A stretch of 64,000 nucleotides of DNA from Pseudobutyrivibrio sp. (lineage in GTDB: Bacteria; Bacteroidota; Bacteroidia; Bacteroidales; Marinilabiliaceae), in the NCBI GenBank assembly GCA_963639155.1, contig CAVHUG010000010.1, forward strand, positions 47,610 through 111,609, in the 5' to 3' direction. The notes under the pieces are model-generated. The model did not search any database. It was not told where the DNA came from and was given only the letters and a program-made list of their open reading frames with translations. Both the position numbers and the translations under genes were made by a program. Below, piece after piece: positions 1 to 9,072 of this stretch (its first letter is position 1; every line of letters starts with the position of its first letter).

Positions 1-1
1 G

Positions 2-661
2 GCTGGCGACTTCAACAAGGTAATGCACAATTTCGAGGTTCTCAACCCTGACCTCTTGATTTGCAACCTCAACGAGGATGTCAAGTTCAACATGACCTTC
101 ACCATCAAGAAGGGCCGCGGCTATGTCCGTGCAGACGAGAACGAAGAGGAGGGACAAGAGGTCGATACTATCGCTATCGATTCGATTTTTACCCCTATCG
201 TCAACGTCAAGTATTCTATCGAGAACTATCGTGTCCAGCAGAAGACTGACTACGAGAAGCTCGTCCTCGAGATTACCACTGATGGATCCATCCAACCTAA
301 GGATGCATTGAAGGAAGCCGCTAAGATCCTTATTTACCACTTCATGCTCTTCTCTGACGAGAAGATCACCATGGACGAGAATGAGAAGACAAGCGGTGAT
401 GAATTTGACGAGGAAGTGTTGCGAATGAGGCAGCTCCTCAAGACAAGGCTCAGCGACATGGATCTTTCTGTCCGTGCTCTCAATTGCCTTAAGGCTGCAG
501 AAGTAGAGACCCTTGGTGAACTGGTCACGTACCACAGGAACGACTTGCTCAAGTTCCGTAACTTTGGCAAGAAGTCCCTCACCGAGCTTGACGACTTGCT
601 CGCCAATCTCAACCTCTCCTTCGGTATGGACACCACGAAGTACAAACTCGATAAAGAATAA
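2..661 (+). CDS. rpoA: DNA-directed RNA polymerase alpha subunit, C-terminal part (5' end lies outside the window)
   Basis: The frame is open from the window edge. The translation contains [17 protein letters not shown] and the alpha-CTD string [22 protein letters not shown]...FGKKSLTEL. rplQ follows 5 nt downstream, which is the conserved rpoA-rplQ order. Confidence 0.95.
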   Translation, partial: AGDFNKVMHNFEVLNPDLLICNLNEDVKFNMTFTIKKGRGYVRADENEEEGQEVDTIAIDSIFTPIVNVKYSIENYRVQQKTDYEKLVLEITTDGSIQPKDALKEAAKILIYHFMLFSDEKITMDENEKTSGDEFDEEVLRMRQLLKTRLSDMDLSVRALNCLKAAEVETLGELVTYHRNDLLKFRNFGKKSLTELDDLLANLNLSFGMDTTKYKLDKE

Positions 662-666
662 TTACG

Positions 667-1161
667 ATGAGACATAATAAGAAATTCAACCACCTTGGTC
701 GGAAGAGCTCCCATCGTAAAGCTATGCTCTCCAACATGGCCTGCTCGCTCATCCTCCACAAGAGGATCACGACGACCGTTGCCAAGGCTAAGGCTTTGCG
801 TGTCTATGTTGAGCCTCTCATCAACAAGACCAAGAACCTCACAACCGTTGACGAGAGTCGCAGCGCACAGCGTCTCGTCTTCAGCTACCTTCAGAACAAT
901 GCTGCAACCAAGGAACTTTTCACTGAGATTGCAGGCAAGGTAGCAAACCGTCCCGGCGGTTACACTCGCATCCTCAAGACTGGTTTCCGTACTGGCGATG
1001 CGGCCGACATGTGCTTCATTGAGCTCGTTGACTACAACGCCAACATGCTCGCAGCTCCTAAGAAGGCTGATGAGAAGAAGCGCACCCGTCGTAGCCGCAG
1101 CAAGAAGGCAGAGGCTCCCGCAGCCGAGGCCGCTCCAGCTGAAGAGGCGAAGGCAGAGTAA
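667..1161 (+). CDS. rplQ: 50S ribosomal protein L17
   Basis: The N-terminus [45 protein letters not shown] is canonical L17. A Lys/Ala/Glu-rich tail follows. Confidence 0.95.
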   Translation: MRHNKKFNHLGRKSSHRKAMLSNMACSLILHKRITTTVAKAKALRVYVEPLINKTKNLTTVDESRSAQRLVFSYLQNNAATKELFTEIAGKVANRPGGYTRILKTGFRTGDAADMCFIELVDYNANMLAAPKKADEKKRTRRSRSKKAEAPAAEAAPAEEAKAE

Positions 1162-1187
1162 CGATTAATTAGCGTTTCTCAATATAG

Positions 1188-1220
1188 GAGGGGGAAGATA
1201 ATTCTTCCCTCTCTTTTTTT
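1188..1220 (+). terminator. Rho-independent terminator after rplQ
   Basis: A 10-bp stem (1188-1197 pairs with 1204-1213, one G-U) has a 6-nt loop and is followed by a run of seven T (1214-1220). Confidence 0.8.
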
Positions 1221-1236
1221 ATACGCTCTTTGGTCT

Positions 1237-1244
1237 TACCTTTG
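1237..1244 (+). promoter_or_regulatory. Bacteroidota -7 promoter box TACCTTTG (TAnnTTTG)
   Basis: Exact match to TAnnTTTG, 93 nt upstream of the ATG at 1338 and downstream of the rplQ terminator. Confidence 0.4.
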
Positions 1245-1337
1245 CTTACCATATTGCGCAATGGGGAAGTAGTTCCCTAGGCGTTGTGATAGGCAATAAA
1301 GCATCACTATCGCCATTGTGTATTTCAACTTTAAAAC

Positions 1338-2201
1338 ATGCGTCTGGCAAGAGTTATATTCTCCTATTTATTCATTGTTTCTGTTTTTGCCTCCGGATGT
1401 TCGGAGGAGGGACTGGGTGACACGCCTGTAGCGCAGGTGGGTGATGCAGTGCTGACAAGGACGCAGCTCATAGCTGCCCTCCCTGCGATAGCGTCGCCTT
1501 CTGACAGCGCAGTGTTTGCAGACCAGATAATCCGCCGATGGGTGTATCGTCAAGTACTTTTGCAAAAGGCATCTAAGAACTTGTCGTCTGAAACTGATGA
1601 TATAGATGCGGCAGTAGAGGAGTACAGGTCTTCCCTTATTATCGAGACGTATCAGAATAAGCTTGTTGAGCAGAAGTTCCATCCCCAGATAACTAATGAG
1701 GACATTCAGTCCTATTATGACAAGATGAAGGGGAGTTTCATCTTGACCGACGCGATTGTCAAGGGGTGCTATGCAGTCATCCCATCGCAGGCGCATGGAC
1801 TCAAAGAGTTCCTCAAGACGTTGTCGCAGTTTAATGAAGAGTCGTCGCTCAAGGTGGAGGAGTATATGTTTCATAACGCATCGAAGTACCAAAGCTCTTT
1901 TGACGCTTGGCTGTCGCTGTCGGAGGTGAGACCGTTCTTGCCTTCTGGCATGCTGCCTTCCGACATGCGTTCGGTGGCGAAGATGCCATACTTGAAGGAA
2001 GAGAAGGATGGCAATGTGTACGTCCTTAAGGTTTTGCACGTCATACCGGCTGGCGAGGTTGCCCCGATAGAGTTTGTGCGGAAGAATATATCAGACATTT
2101 TAGTTAGCAAAAAGAAGCTCGAGTTCCTCGACAAGGCGAACCGGGACATATATGACCAGGCCACGAAAGCTGGCAGCATTAAGTATTTCGATAACAAATG
2201 A
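1338..2201 (+). CDS. Putative lipoprotein, candidate SurA-N/PpiD-like periplasmic chaperone (no rotamase motif seen)
   Basis: Lipobox signal MRLARVIFSYLFIVSVFASGC. The stop overlaps the next gene's start (ATGA at 2198-2201). The gene sits directly upstream of a parvulin PPIase. The product call is by context only. Confidence 0.6.
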   Translation: MRLARVIFSYLFIVSVFASGCSEEGLGDTPVAQVGDAVLTRTQLIAALPAIASPSDSAVFADQIIRRWVYRQVLLQKASKNLSSETDDIDAAVEEYRSSLIIETYQNKLVEQKFHPQITNEDIQSYYDKMKGSFILTDAIVKGCYAVIPSQAHGLKEFLKTLSQFNEESSLKVEEYMFHNASKYQSSFDAWLSLSEVRPFLPSGMLPSDMRSVAKMPYLKEEKDGNVYVLKVLHVIPAGEVAPIEFVRKNISDILVSKKKLEFLDKANRDIYDQATKAGSIKYFDNK

Positions 2202-3559
2202 CAATTCATAACACACGTATATCGTTGTGCGCCATGGCTCTCGGTGCCATAGTGTCGGTCCAAGGAGCGGCGCAGACGAAGCTTATTGATGAGGTTGTAG
2301 CCTCTGTGGGTGATGACGCGATCCTCAGCTCTGACATCGAGTACCAGTATGGGCAGGCGATGATTGAGGGTGCGAACTTCAATGGCGACATCAAGTGCCA
2401 CATTTTTGAGCAGCTTCTTATTCAGAAACTGATGTTGAACCAGGCGAAGATAGACAGTGTCGAGGTCAAGGACAGTGAGGTTATGCAACAGGTCGATGCC
2501 CGCATGAACTACTTCATCCAGCAGGTGGGCGGTCAGGACAAGTTGGAGGAGTATTTCAATAAGCCGTTGCAGCAAATACGCCGCGACCAGATGGAGACCG
2601 TCCGGACGCAGATGATAACTCAGAGGATGCAGGCGAACATCACGAAGGACGTGAAAGTTACGCCAGCCGACATTCGTGAGTTCTACGAAAACTTGAACCC
2701 GGACAGTATTCCATATGTGCCAGCGCAGTATGAGATCCAGCAGATCATGGTGTACCCGGAGATTGAACAGAAGGAGATTGACAGAATCAAGAGCCGTCTG
2801 CGCGACTTCCAGAAGCAGGTGGCTGAGGGGCGCGACTTCGCTACGTTGGCGGTATTGTATTCGGAAGACCCTGGTTCGGCATCGAGAGGCGGCGACTTGG
2901 GATGGTATTCCAAGTCGGGTTTCGTGCCTGAGTTCTCGGCAGTGGCGTTTAACATGAAAGAGAAGGGCAAGGTGTCAAAGATCGTTGAGACAGAGTTCGG
3001 ATACCACATCATACAGTTTATTGACCGCAAGGGAGACCGCATCAATTGCCGCCATATTCTTCTGAAACCCAAGGTTACGGCAGAGAGCCGCAAGAAGGCT
3101 ACTAACTTCATGGACACAGTGGCAAAGTTCATAGACGAGGACAAGATAACGTTTGAGGATGCGGCCGCGCAGTTCTCGATGGATAAGGACTCTCGCTCGA
3201 ATGGCGGCATGATTGTCAATTCGAACGACGGCACGTTCAAGTTCCAGTTGAGCCAGATACCTGCAGAGATTGCCAAGGCGATCCAGAACTTGAATGAGGG
3301 TGAGGTGTCGAAGCCATTCAGCATGATGGACGAGCGCAAGGGCAAGGAGACCATCCGCATCGTGCGCCTTGTGAAGCGCCACCAGCCGCATAAGGCTAAC
3401 ATGAACGACGACTATGACTTGCTGAAGAGCATGGTCGAGGAGGAGAAGCGCAAGAAGGTTGTGGATGAGTGGATTACGGCAAAGCAGAAAGAGCTGTATG
3501 TCTTCATCACTCCGGATTGGCAGGGCTGCGACTTCCAGTACAAGGATTGGATCCAATGA
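2198..3559 (+). CDS. surA: SurA-like peptidyl-prolyl cis-trans isomerase (parvulin type)
   Basis: Signal peptide, then the parvulin signature GGDLGWYSKSGFVPEFSAVAF...GKVSKIVETEFGYHIIQ. A second, degenerate parvulin-like segment follows RHILLKPK. Confidence 0.85.
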   Translation: MTIHNTRISLCAMALGAIVSVQGAAQTKLIDEVVASVGDDAILSSDIEYQYGQAMIEGANFNGDIKCHIFEQLLIQKLMLNQAKIDSVEVKDSEVMQQVDARMNYFIQQVGGQDKLEEYFNKPLQQIRRDQMETVRTQMITQRMQANITKDVKVTPADIREFYENLNPDSIPYVPAQYEIQQIMVYPEIEQKEIDRIKSRLRDFQKQVAEGRDFATLAVLYSEDPGSASRGGDLGWYSKSGFVPEFSAVAFNMKEKGKVSKIVETEFGYHIIQFIDRKGDRINCRHILLKPKVTAESRKKATNFMDTVAKFIDEDKITFEDAAAQFSMDKDSRSNGGMIVNSNDGTFKFQLSQIPAEIAKAIQNLNEGEVSKPFSMMDERKGKETIRIVRLVKRHQPHKANMNDDYDLLKSMVEEEKRKKVVDEWITAKQKELYVFITPDWQGCDFQYKDWIQ

Positions 3560-5136
3560 TGAGGCTCGCCTGCGTTGTCGCATTGGCTCTTAGTCTTTTC
3601 GCCTCGTCTGCGGTGGCGCAACGGACGATAAGGGTGAATATTGACAGGGCTGACGTGTTGCGCCATGACGACAAGATTGGCAAGAACACTCAGTCGCTGA
3701 ACGGCAATGTGAAGCTGTCGCACGTGAACACGATATTGTATTGCGACAGTGCGTACATGTATAACGACTCGAACGTGGTGGTCTGTTATGGCAGCGTGCA
3801 CGTCGTGCAGAACGACTCGGTTCACCTGTATGGCGACAGGTTGACGTATTTCGGAGATCAGAACCTTGCGAAGGTGAGGCAGAACGTGAGGGCCAACAAG
3901 GGCGACACGTGGCTTTACACGGAGTATCTGGATTACGACCGCGCTCTTGACAAGGCGTATTTCTATAATGGAGGGAAGGTTGTCAACAAGGACAACACGC
4001 TCACCTCTGAAAGGGGCATCTATTACCCGATGACGAATGACGTCTACTTCAAGGACAACGTCGTTGGGACATCTCCAAAATATAATCTTATTTCTGACAC
4101 GGCAGCGTTCAACACGCGGACGGAGGTGGTGTCTATTCTTGGCCCGACGACAATAACGACCTCGGACTCGATGGTTATAGACAGCGAAAAGGGCTGGTAT
4201 GACACTCATTCTGACGTTGCTAAGTTGTTGAAGGCGAACAGGCTCTATTCTGTCAAAAACCGGAGCACGCTTCTTGGCAAGACTATCTTGTATGAGAGGC
4301 GCAAGGGGCTTGGCACGGCGTGGAACGACATGGTGTTGACGGACTCGACGAATAACGTGTCGATAGAGGGGGACTACGGGTTTTACAACGAGCTGACGCA
4401 GGAGTCGTTGACGACGAAGAGGGCGTTGCTCCGTCAGGTGTATTCCGGGGACACGTTGTTTTTGCACGCAGACACGTTCAGGGTCGTGCCGTTGGCGGAC
4501 ACGAGCCGTTTGATTAAGGCATTTCATAACGTCAAGGCATTCAGGACGGATTTGCAGGCGCGTTGCGACTCGCTGGTCTTTGACTTCAGAGACTCGGTGG
4601 CGACGCTGTATGAGCTGCCCGTAGTGTGGTCGCAAGGGAGCCAGATGACGGCGAACGTCATAAAGTTGTATACCCGCAATCAGGCGTTGTATAAGTCGGA
4701 GCTTGTAGACGCGGCGTTTATCATATCGTTGGAGCCGGACTCGGCAGGTTATGACCAGGTCAAGGGGAAATTGATTACTGGATATATTAGGAACAACGAC
4801 TTGTATAAGATAGACGTTGACGGCAACGGACAGACGATCTATTACCCTAAGGACGGTCCTAACTTGATAGGCGTGAACAGGGCTGAGAGCAGCAACATGA
4901 GCATCTGGTTGAAAGACCGGCGCATCAACAACATTACCATGAGGGTGTCTCCGACCGGGAGCATGAACCCTCCGTTGCTTCTCGGGGAGAAAGACTGCAA
5001 ATTGCAGGGTTTCCGCTGGCTGGATGACTATCGCCCGAAGTCGAAGGGAGACATCTTCTTGAAGATGGAGATTCCTGACGACTTGCAGGTGCAGGAGGAG
5101 GTGTACGTCGGGTATGAGTTTGACGACCTTGAGTGA
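3556..5136 (+). CDS. OstA/LptA-like domain protein (secreted), 526 aa from the ATG at 3556
   Basis: The start is chosen at MMRLACVVALALSLFASSAVAQ (signal peptide), which overlaps the surA stop as ATGA. The OstA-like pattern NGNVKLSH...LYCDSAYMY...VVCYGSVHVVQNDSVHLYGDRLTYF...AKVRQNVR is present. The 87-nt upstream extension in the ORF track lies inside surA. Confidence 0.7.
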   Translation: MMRLACVVALALSLFASSAVAQRTIRVNIDRADVLRHDDKIGKNTQSLNGNVKLSHVNTILYCDSAYMYNDSNVVVCYGSVHVVQNDSVHLYGDRLTYFGDQNLAKVRQNVRANKGDTWLYTEYLDYDRALDKAYFYNGGKVVNKDNTLTSERGIYYPMTNDVYFKDNVVGTSPKYNLISDTAAFNTRTEVVSILGPTTITTSDSMVIDSEKGWYDTHSDVAKLLKANRLYSVKNRSTLLGKTILYERRKGLGTAWNDMVLTDSTNNVSIEGDYGFYNELTQESLTTKRALLRQVYSGDTLFLHADTFRVVPLADTSRLIKAFHNVKAFRTDLQARCDSLVFDFRDSVATLYELPVVWSQGSQMTANVIKLYTRNQALYKSELVDAAFIISLEPDSAGYDQVKGKLITGYIRNNDLYKIDVDGNGQTIYYPKDGPNLIGVNRAESSNMSIWLKDRRINNITMRVSPTGSMNPPLLLGEKDCKLQGFRWLDDYRPKSKGDIFLKMEIPDDLQVQEEVYVGYEFDDLE

Positions 5137-5216
5137 TAATCAATAACTTGTTCGGACACATTTACAAATATTCTTATATATTCGCGACTTGTTAAGGTTC
5201 TAAAAAACAAAAAGCT

Positions 5217-5438
5217 ATGTATTGGACTCTTGAATTAGCCTCGAAGCTCGAGGATGCCCCTTGGCCAGCCACCAAGGATGAGCTCATTGACTACGCTACG
5301 CGTTCAGGCGCGCCATTGGAGGTCATCGAGAACCTGCAGGAGATCGAGGACGACGGCGAAGTCTATGAAAGCATCGAAGACATCTGGCCGGACTATCCGA
5401 GCAATGAGGACTTCTTCTTCAATGAAGACGAGTACTAA
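5217..5438 (+). CDS. Small acidic DUF2795-like protein
   Basis: 73 aa containing PWPATKDELIDYATRSGAPLEVIENLQEIEDDG, which matches the DUF2795 pattern as I recall it. A hairpin lies downstream. Confidence 0.7.
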   Translation: MYWTLELASKLEDAPWPATKDELIDYATRSGAPLEVIENLQEIEDDGEVYESIEDIWPDYPSNEDFFFNEDEY

Positions 5439-5465
5439 CGTGGAAGGCTGACCAGTCATGATAAG

Positions 5466-5508
5466 GCCGCCCGCTGCCTGTGGCGAGAAAGCTCAGGTGT
5501 CGGGCGGC
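5466..5508 (+). terminator. Hairpin after the DUF2795 gene (weak terminator)
   Basis: GCCGCCCG (5466-5473) pairs with CGGGCGGC (5501-5508). The loop is long and only TTT follows. Confidence 0.4.
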
Positions 5509-5545
5509 TTTCCATATATTAAAACAAACATAAACCCTCACCCCC

Positions 5546-6910
5546 ATGGAGAAGCAGAAGAGATATGTTCTTGAGGAGAGTCAGATTCCTCGCCAGTGGT
5601 TTAACATTGCGGCGATCATGCCGAATAAGCCGCTGTTGCCATTGAACCCCAAGACGCGCAAGCCGATGTCGGCAGAGGACCTGTATCCGATTTTTGCGGA
5701 GGAGGTTTCTCGTCAGGAGTTGAATTACACGGACGAGTGGATTGACATCCCGGAGCCTGTGCGTGATATATACAAGAGTTACCGCAGCACTCCCCTGGTG
5801 AGGGCGTATTCGCTGGAGAAGGCGCTTGGCACCCCGGCGCATATATATTTCAAGAACGAGAGTGTTAGCCCAGTGGGTTCTCACAAGCTCAATTCGGCGT
5901 TGGCGCAGGCGTATTACTGCAAAGAGCAGGGCGTCACGAACGTCACGACGGAGACTGGCGCGGGTCAATGGGGCTGCGCGCTGGCGTATGCGGCAAAGGT
6001 TTTCGGACTTGAGGCCGCAGTATACCAAGTGAAGATCAGCTTTAACCAGAAGCCTTACCGCAGGGCGATAATGCAGACCTTTGGCGCGCAGGTTACGGCG
6101 TCGCCGTCGATGTCCACAAGGGCGGGTCGCGACATATTGACCCGCGACCCGAACAACCAGGGTTCGCTCGGCACGGCTATCTCGGAGGCTGTGGAGCTGG
6201 CTATGTCGACCCCGAACTGCAAGTATACTCTCGGGTCGGTGTTGAGCCACGTGACTTTGCATCAGACGGTCATCGGCCTTGAGGCGGAGAAGCAGATGGA
6301 GATGGCAGGGGAGTATCCTGACGTCGTCATCGCTTGCTTTGGCGGCGGATCTAACTTTGGCGGCATTGCGTTCCCGTTTATGCGCCATAATATAAAGGAT
6401 GGGCGCAAGACGCGTTTTGTGGCTGCGGAGCCTACGTCTTGCCCGAAGCTGACGCATGGCGTGTTCCAGTATGACTTTGGCGACGTGGCTGGTTACACTC
6501 CGCTGTTGCCGATGTACACACTTGGCCATAATTTTATGCCTGCTAACATACATGCCGGCGGCTTGCGTTACCATGGCGCAGGCGTCATTGTCAGCCAGTT
6601 GTTGAAAGACGGCTATATGGAGGCGACAGACATTCCTCAGCTTGAGAGCTTCGAGGCGGGTCTGCTCTTCGCTCGTACGGAGGGCATCATTCCTGCCCCT
6701 GAGTCTTGCCACGCCATTGCTACCGCAGTTCGCGAGGCGAACCGATGCAAGGAGGAGGGCAAGGAGGAGGTCATCCTCTTCAACCTCTCGGGTCATGGCC
6801 TTATCGACATGTCGGCTTATGACCAGTATCTGAGCGGCAGCTTGCAGGATTACTTCGTCACGGACGAGGAAGTGGAGCGCAACCTTGCGCAGATTGAGAA
6901 GATTATATAG
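5546..6910 (+). CDS. TrpB-like PLP-dependent enzyme (tryptophan synthase beta, TrpB2-type)
   Basis: 454 aa. PLP-lysine context NESVSPVGSHKLNSALAQAYY, a GGGSNFGG glycine loop, and a long N-terminal extension typical of TrpB2. No other trp genes are nearby. Confidence 0.85.
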   Translation: MEKQKRYVLEESQIPRQWFNIAAIMPNKPLLPLNPKTRKPMSAEDLYPIFAEEVSRQELNYTDEWIDIPEPVRDIYKSYRSTPLVRAYSLEKALGTPAHIYFKNESVSPVGSHKLNSALAQAYYCKEQGVTNVTTETGAGQWGCALAYAAKVFGLEAAVYQVKISFNQKPYRRAIMQTFGAQVTASPSMSTRAGRDILTRDPNNQGSLGTAISEAVELAMSTPNCKYTLGSVLSHVTLHQTVIGLEAEKQMEMAGEYPDVVIACFGGGSNFGGIAFPFMRHNIKDGRKTRFVAAEPTSCPKLTHGVFQYDFGDVAGYTPLLPMYTLGHNFMPANIHAGGLRYHGAGVIVSQLLKDGYMEATDIPQLESFEAGLLFARTEGIIPAPESCHAIATAVREANRCKEEGKEEVILFNLSGHGLIDMSAYDQYLSGSLQDYFVTDEEVERNLAQIEKII

Positions 6911-6951
6911 AACAGAATAGATAACGTTTGCCGCACGTTCGCCAGCAACTG

Positions 6952-8943
6952 ATGGTGTCCGTGCGGCAAACCTTTTGTCACATTGTTAGGATTATGACAG
7001 AGGAGAGCAGGCGGAATGTGGTGTCGGCGTTTATGAACGTTGTCGCTACGATGCTGGTAGTTATTATGGCAGAGGCGCTCGTGAGGGTTGTCTTCATCGT
7101 CAAGTTTGCGCAATGGGAGGCGTTTGCTGACAATGTGTCATCGTGTCCCTTGTTCTTGTTCAACGCCTTGCGTTTTGACGCCCAGACGGCCGCTTACGCG
7201 TCGTTGCCGGTGGTTGTGGCGGCTATTGTCGTGTGCTTTCGCCCTTCGGTTTATGAGTGCGTTGAGCGGATCGGGAGGGTGTGGACTGCTGTCGCCTCGA
7301 CGTTGCTTGGTCTGCTTGGTTTGGCGGACGTCCATTACTACAACAACTTCGGTCGTCATTTTGACATTGTTGTGTTCGACTTCTTTGACGAGGAGCCCGG
7401 AGTCTTGATTAAGGGCATCATTGACGAGGCACCGGTGTTGGCAATGGTTGTCGGGGCAGGCGTGGTGCTTGCGTTGGCGTGGCTCGTGTCGGGCTGGCTT
7501 TACGGCTTGGCGAGGAGGCTATCGGCGAGGTTGAAGCCAGTGCTGACGGGTGTCGTCGTGTCGGCTATGGTATTCGTGGCGATACGTGGCAGCCTTGGGA
7601 CGTTCACGTTGAGAATAGAGGACGTTTACGTATCGACATCGGCGATGATGAACGACTGCGTCCCGAGTGCGGCGTTCATGATGAAAAACGCGTGGAGCGA
7701 GAAGAAGAAGCAGTTCAGGCTGGACAGCGACGAAGTCATCTTGCGCAATGCAGGATTCAGCAGCGAGCAGGAGGCAGCGGAGGCATGGACTGGCAGGAGA
7801 GAGGGTTCCGACATCACTGCTGACAGCGCATTGGTTGGGCTGACATCGGCGGCAGGGGACTATAAGGGATATGACGTCGTCTTGATAGTCTGTGAGAGTT
7901 GGGGACGGAAGCTGATGGAGTATGACAAGAGGTACGGAATCGACTTGTTATGCTCGATGAGGCAACATTTAGGAGAGGACTTGTTATGGGAGGACTTCGT
8001 GTCGGCAACGACGTGCACGATAGATGCGGTCGAGGCGTTGACGACGGGCTGCCCATATCAGAGGTTTTTCACGAGCCGTTACAGGGATGTGGAGTTGCCG
8101 TACTCGACGGCTCGGCTGTGGAGTGATGCGGGCTATTCGACGCACTTCGTGTCGGGGATAGAGATCTCGTGGCGCAACTTGTCGGAGGTTCTCCCGCATC
8201 AGGGATTTGAGAGCGTGACGGGCAAGTTTGAGATATTGAAGGAGAACCCGAGGGCGGAGATTAACCACACGTGGGGCGTGTATGACCATGCGATGCTGTC
8301 TTACTTGCTGGACAAGTTGAGCGAGCCGCGTGGGGAAGAGGACGGACCGAGATTTTTCATGGCGTTGACGTCGACGAACCATACGCCATTTGAGTTCCCG
8401 AAAGACATTGAGCTGCCGGACTTGAGGGAGCCGGAAGATGCAGGAGCGTTTGCCGTGGATGATAAGAAGATCGTATATGACTACCTGAGGGGGTATCAGT
8501 ACACGAGCGAGTGCCTTGGGCGTTTCATGACGGCATTGAAATCGTCGGAGGCAGGGAAGCGGACGATAGTGGCGATTACGGGAGACCATAACACTCGGCT
8601 TGTGCTGCCATACGACGAGGGAGAGGACTTGAAGTGGAAGTATGGCGTCCCGTTTTATTTATATGTCCCAGGAGCGAAGGAGTCGTGGCGCGACAAGACG
8701 TCGCGATACGGGTCGCAGGAGGACATTGTGCCTACGTTGGCGAATCTGACATTGGCGAGTCGTCCATATCTTGCCGCAGGTCAGGACTTGTTGGCGGACA
8801 CGTTGCGTGAGCCTACATTTGGAGTCAACGTGAAGCACGTGATAGTCTCGGACGAAGCGCGTCGTGACGAGGTGGAGCGCAGGGTGCGAGCGATGGAGGC
8901 GTTGAAGAAACTATGGTACAAGAGGAGATTTGTCGGGGAGTAA
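6952..8943 (+). CDS. LTA-synthase/sulfatase-family membrane phosphotransferase (alkaline-phosphatase superfamily)
   Basis: The N-terminus has multiple hydrophobic helices. The extracytoplasmic domain contains LIVCESWG, LTSTNHTPFEFP and AITGDHNTR. The ORF-track start at 6928 is TTG. The first ATG is at 6952 and another is at 6994, so the start is uncertain. Confidence 0.75.
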   Translation: MVSVRQTFCHIVRIMTEESRRNVVSAFMNVVATMLVVIMAEALVRVVFIVKFAQWEAFADNVSSCPLFLFNALRFDAQTAAYASLPVVVAAIVVCFRPSVYECVERIGRVWTAVASTLLGLLGLADVHYYNNFGRHFDIVVFDFFDEEPGVLIKGIIDEAPVLAMVVGAGVVLALAWLVSGWLYGLARRLSARLKPVLTGVVVSAMVFVAIRGSLGTFTLRIEDVYVSTSAMMNDCVPSAAFMMKNAWSEKKKQFRLDSDEVILRNAGFSSEQEAAEAWTGRREGSDITADSALVGLTSAAGDYKGYDVVLIVCESWGRKLMEYDKRYGIDLLCSMRQHLGEDLLWEDFVSATTCTIDAVEALTTGCPYQRFFTSRYRDVELPYSTARLWSDAGYSTHFVSGIEISWRNLSEVLPHQGFESVTGKFEILKENPRAEINHTWGVYDHAMLSYLLDKLSEPRGEEDGPRFFMALTSTNHTPFEFPKDIELPDLREPEDAGAFAVDDKKIVYDYLRGYQYTSECLGRFMTALKSSEAGKRTIVAITGDHNTRLVLPYDEGEDLKWKYGVPFYLYVPGAKESWRDKTSRYGSQEDIVPTLANLTLASRPYLAAGQDLLADTLREPTFGVNVKHVIVSDEARRDEVERRVRAMEALKKLWYKRRFVGE

Positions 8944-9018
8944 GACCTTTGCTCTTGCGATGTAAAGTTACAAATATTTAGCGCAGCAACAAATATAACA
9001 ATAGATATTTTGCAAAAT

Positions 9019-9055
9019 AAAACCGTGGTTTCGCATTATGCGAAACCACGGTTTT
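9019..9055. terminator. Bidirectional terminator between convergent genes
   Basis: A perfect 17-bp palindrome AAAACCGTGGTTTCGCA/TGCGAAACCACGGTTTT with a 3-nt loop, flanked by A- and T-runs. It lies between the stops at 8943 (+) and 9073 (-). Confidence 0.85.
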
Positions 9056-9072
9056 ATTTATGTAATTGGATT

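Noticed and set aside
3412-6796. Minus-strand ORFs of 407 aa (3412-4635) and 425 aa (5519-6796), rich in Arg, His and Leu
   Set aside because: They are antisense to the OstA-like and TrpB2 genes, which have clear family motifs. Their Arg-rich composition is typical of out-of-frame GC-rich sequence.
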